Assembly (NCBI GenBank): GCA_963768035.1 | Contig: CAVYGJ010000007.1 | Coordinates: 223,157 to 287,156 of the forward strand | Length of the DNA stretch: 64,000 nt | Direction of reading: 5' to 3' | From: an uncultured Chloroflexia bacterium | GTDB lineage: Bacteria > Chloroflexota > Limnocylindria > Limnocylindrales > CSP1-4 | Shown: positions 61,916-64,000 of the stretch, one piece after another | How the letters are laid out: the number at the start of each line of letters is the position of its first letter | Numbering within the stretch: the first letter of the stretch is position 1 | Program-made: the position numbers and the translations under genes | Notes under the pieces: generated by a model | What the model saw: only the letters and a program-made list of their open reading frames with translations | Database searches by the model: none | Told to the model about the DNA's origin: nothing

Positions 61916-62164
61916 CTACCGCTCGCCGGGCCGGCGGCCGGCCTCGCGGCGCGCGATCGACCGGCCGTCCAGCGACAGCCGCCCGTGCTGGCTGCGCCCG
62001 ATGCCGAGGAACGGGAACTCGGGCGTCGCCTCGTGCGAGTCGAGCCACGTCTCGACGGCCGCCGCGATGACCGAGGTCTTGGTCGTGTGCTGGCGACGGA
62101 CGTGCCGGTCGAGCCGGTCGAGGAGGTCCGCGTCGAGCAGGATCGTGGTCCTGACGGTCTTCAT
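61916..62164 (-). CDS. vapB: Ribbon-helix-helix antitoxin (VapB/CopG-like).
   Basis: 82-aa ORF (MKTVRTTILLDADLLDRLDRHVRRQHTTKTSVIAAAVETWL) matching the RHH fold, immediately upstream of the PIN gene. Confidence 0.55.
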   Translation of the reverse strand: MKTVRTTILLDADLLDRLDRHVRRQHTTKTSVIAAAVETWLDSHEATPEFPFLGIGRSQHGRLSLDGRSIARREAGRRPGER

Positions 62165-62252
62165 ATGACGACATATCTACCACGGTGGACGGATCGTGTC
62201 ACGTGGGGCAGAGTCGGGCCAACATCCCTGCGACCCCAGGAGACGAGACCAG

Positions 62253-63424
62253 TGACCCGCTTCGAGCCCAACCTGCGCATTCCCGGCCCCACGGCCCTCC
62301 CCCCGTCCGTCCGCGAGGCCGGCGGGCGGCAGATGGTCAACCACCGCGGCGAGGAGTTCAAGGCGCTCCTGCTGCGCGTGACCGCGGCCATGAAGCCGTT
62401 CTTCGGCACCGAGCACGACGTGATCATGCTCACGTGCGCGGGCACCGGGGCCCTCGAGGCCGCGGTCGTCAACACGCTGTCGCCGGGCGACGAGGTCCTC
62501 GCGGTCACGATGGGCTCGTTCGGTGACCGGTTCGCGAAGATCGCGGACGTCTACGGCGCCAAGGTGACCAGGCTCGACGTCGAGTGGGGCCACGCGCCCA
62601 CGCCGGCCGCCGTCCGCGCGGCCGCAGCGGAGATCACCGGCCTCAAGGCCGTCCTGCTGACCCACAACGAGACCTCGACCGGCGTGACGAGCGACATCCC
62701 CGCGCTCGCCGCCGCGGTGCGGGACGCCGCACCGGACGCCCTGATCCTCGTCGACGCGATCTCGGCGCTCGGCGCCGTGCCGTTCGCGATGGACGCGTGG
62801 GGCCTCGACCTCGTGGTCACCGGGTCGCAGAAGGCGTGGATGGCCGCGCCGGGCATGGCGATGGCGGCCGTCGGGCCGCGTGCATGGGCCGCCTCCGAGA
62901 CGGCGACGATGCCCCGCTTCTACCTCGACCTCAAGCGCCACAAGGACACGGCCGCGGCCGGCGAGACGCCCTGGACCCCCGCCGTCGCGGTGATGTACCA
63001 GGTCGACGAGGGGCTCCGCCTCATGCAGGCCGAGGGCGACGGCGTGTTCGCACGCCACGCCGCGGCGCAGGCGATGACCCGCGCCGGGCTCCGGGCGCTC
63101 GGGTTCGAGCTCCTCGCGGCCGACGACGTCGCGTCGAAGACGGTCACCGCCGCATGGATCCCCGACAGCCTCGACTGGAAGGCGTTCAACGGCACCCTCA
63201 AGAAGCACGGCCTCGTCCTGGCCGGCGGCCAGGGCAAGCTCAAGGGCAAGATCTTCCGGCTCGGGCACCTCGGCTCCGTGACCACGGACGACATCCTGGC
63301 CGCGATCGGCGTCCTCGAGATCGCCGCGATCGAGCAGGGACTCGACGTCAAGCCCGGCGCGGCCGTCGCGGCCGCGCAGCAGGCGCTCGTCGCGGCGACC
63401 GCGCGCGTGGCGGTCCCCGCGTGA
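62253..63424 (+). CDS. serC: Class V aminotransferase, a short-form phosphoserine aminotransferase.
   Basis: GTG start after an AGGAG motif; PLP-fold motifs (VNHRGEEF, GSQKAWMAAPG); translationally coupled to the downstream serA. Confidence 0.75.
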
Positions 63425-64000
63425 GGATCCTCGTCGTCGAACCGCTCGCCGCCGAGGGCATCGACCTCCTCCGTGGCCACCACGAGGTTGACGAGAAGCT
63501 CGGGCTGGCGCGCGAGGAGATCATCGCGATCCTCCCCGACTACGACGCGCTCGTCGTGCGCAGCCAGGTCAAGGCGGACGCCGAGATGATCGCCGCGGGC
63601 ACCCGGCTCGTCGTCATCGGCCGGGCCGGCGTCGGCGTCGACAACGTGGACCTCGACGCCGCGACGCGAGCCGGGATCACGGTCGTCAACGCCCCGACGG
63701 GCAACACGATCGCCGCGGCGGAGCACACGCTCGCCCTCATGTTCGGGCTCGCCCGGCACACGGCCGACGCGCACGCGTCCATGAAGGCCGGCGAGTGGAA
63801 GCGCTCGAAGTTCACGGGCCGCGAGCTGCGTGGCAAGACGCTCGGCATCGTCGGGCTCGGCAAGATCGGCCAGGCCATCGCCGTCCGCGCCCGCGGCATG
63901 GAGATGACGGTCATCGGCTCGGACCCGTTCGTGACGCCCGAGCAGGCGGCGACCTTCGGCGTCGACCTCGTCACGTTCGACGACATCGTCGCCCGGGCGG
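63421..64000 (+). CDS. serA: D-3-phosphoglycerate dehydrogenase (N-terminal part; runs off the window end).
   Basis: GTG start overlapping the serC stop (GCGTGAGG); NAD-binding motif (GIVGLGKIGQAIA) in the 2-hydroxyacid dehydrogenase fold. Confidence 0.8.
   Translation, partial: MRILVVEPLAAEGIDLLRGHHEVDEKLGLAREEIIAILPDYDALVVRSQVKADAEMIAAGTRLVVIGRAGVGVDNVDLDAATRAGITVVNAPTGNTIAAAEHTLALMFGLARHTADAHASMKAGEWKRSKFTGRELRGKTLGIVGLGKIGQAIAVRARGMEMTVIGSDPFVTPEQAATFGVDLVTFDDIVARA

Noticed and set aside
1-64000. CRISPR arrays, rRNA genes, IS elements or transposases, and prophage blocks.
   Set aside because: No regularly spaced direct repeats, no rRNA-like conserved stretches (the GC content is uniformly very high), and no transposase, integrase-with-attachment-site or phage structural gene signatures were found on either strand.

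Overview
This is a very high-GC (~72%) bacterial chromosomal segment, most like Actinomycetota (organism not identifiable from sequence alone). About 57 protein genes are densely packed, mostly on the minus strand, plus one tRNA(CAU). Almost all have recognisable functions: cell envelope (FemAB-like transferase, two MurJ flippases, MurI, VanW, SPFH/NfeD), DNA transactions (TopA, XerC/D-type recombinase, DprA, ComM, RarA, an MrfA/MrfB-like helicase-exonuclease pair, a UvrD-helicase/RecB-nuclease fusion beside an orphan DNA methyltransferase), metabolism (TrpB2, TyrA, Ppa, SerC-SerA, peptidases, PfkB kinase, ureohydrolase), FtsH, a Kv-type K+ channel, a tandem AI-2E transporter and a VapBC toxin-antitoxin pair. 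No CRISPR array, rRNA, transposase or prophage block is visible. The most striking property is that at least 20 otherwise well-conserved genes need one to three reading-frame changes to be read end to end. The conserved protein continues in another frame, usually at G/C homopolymer runs, which looks like systematic indel error in the assembly rather than real pseudogenes. Candidate novel or unusual items are the helicase-nuclease + orphan N4/N6 methyltransferase block, two orphan receiver-domain/MinD-type ATPase paralogues, a second MurJ next to a VanW protein, and a perfect 9-bp inverted repeat in the divergent promoter upstream of the MrfA/MrfB-like operon. Where frames are broken, coordinates are approximate.
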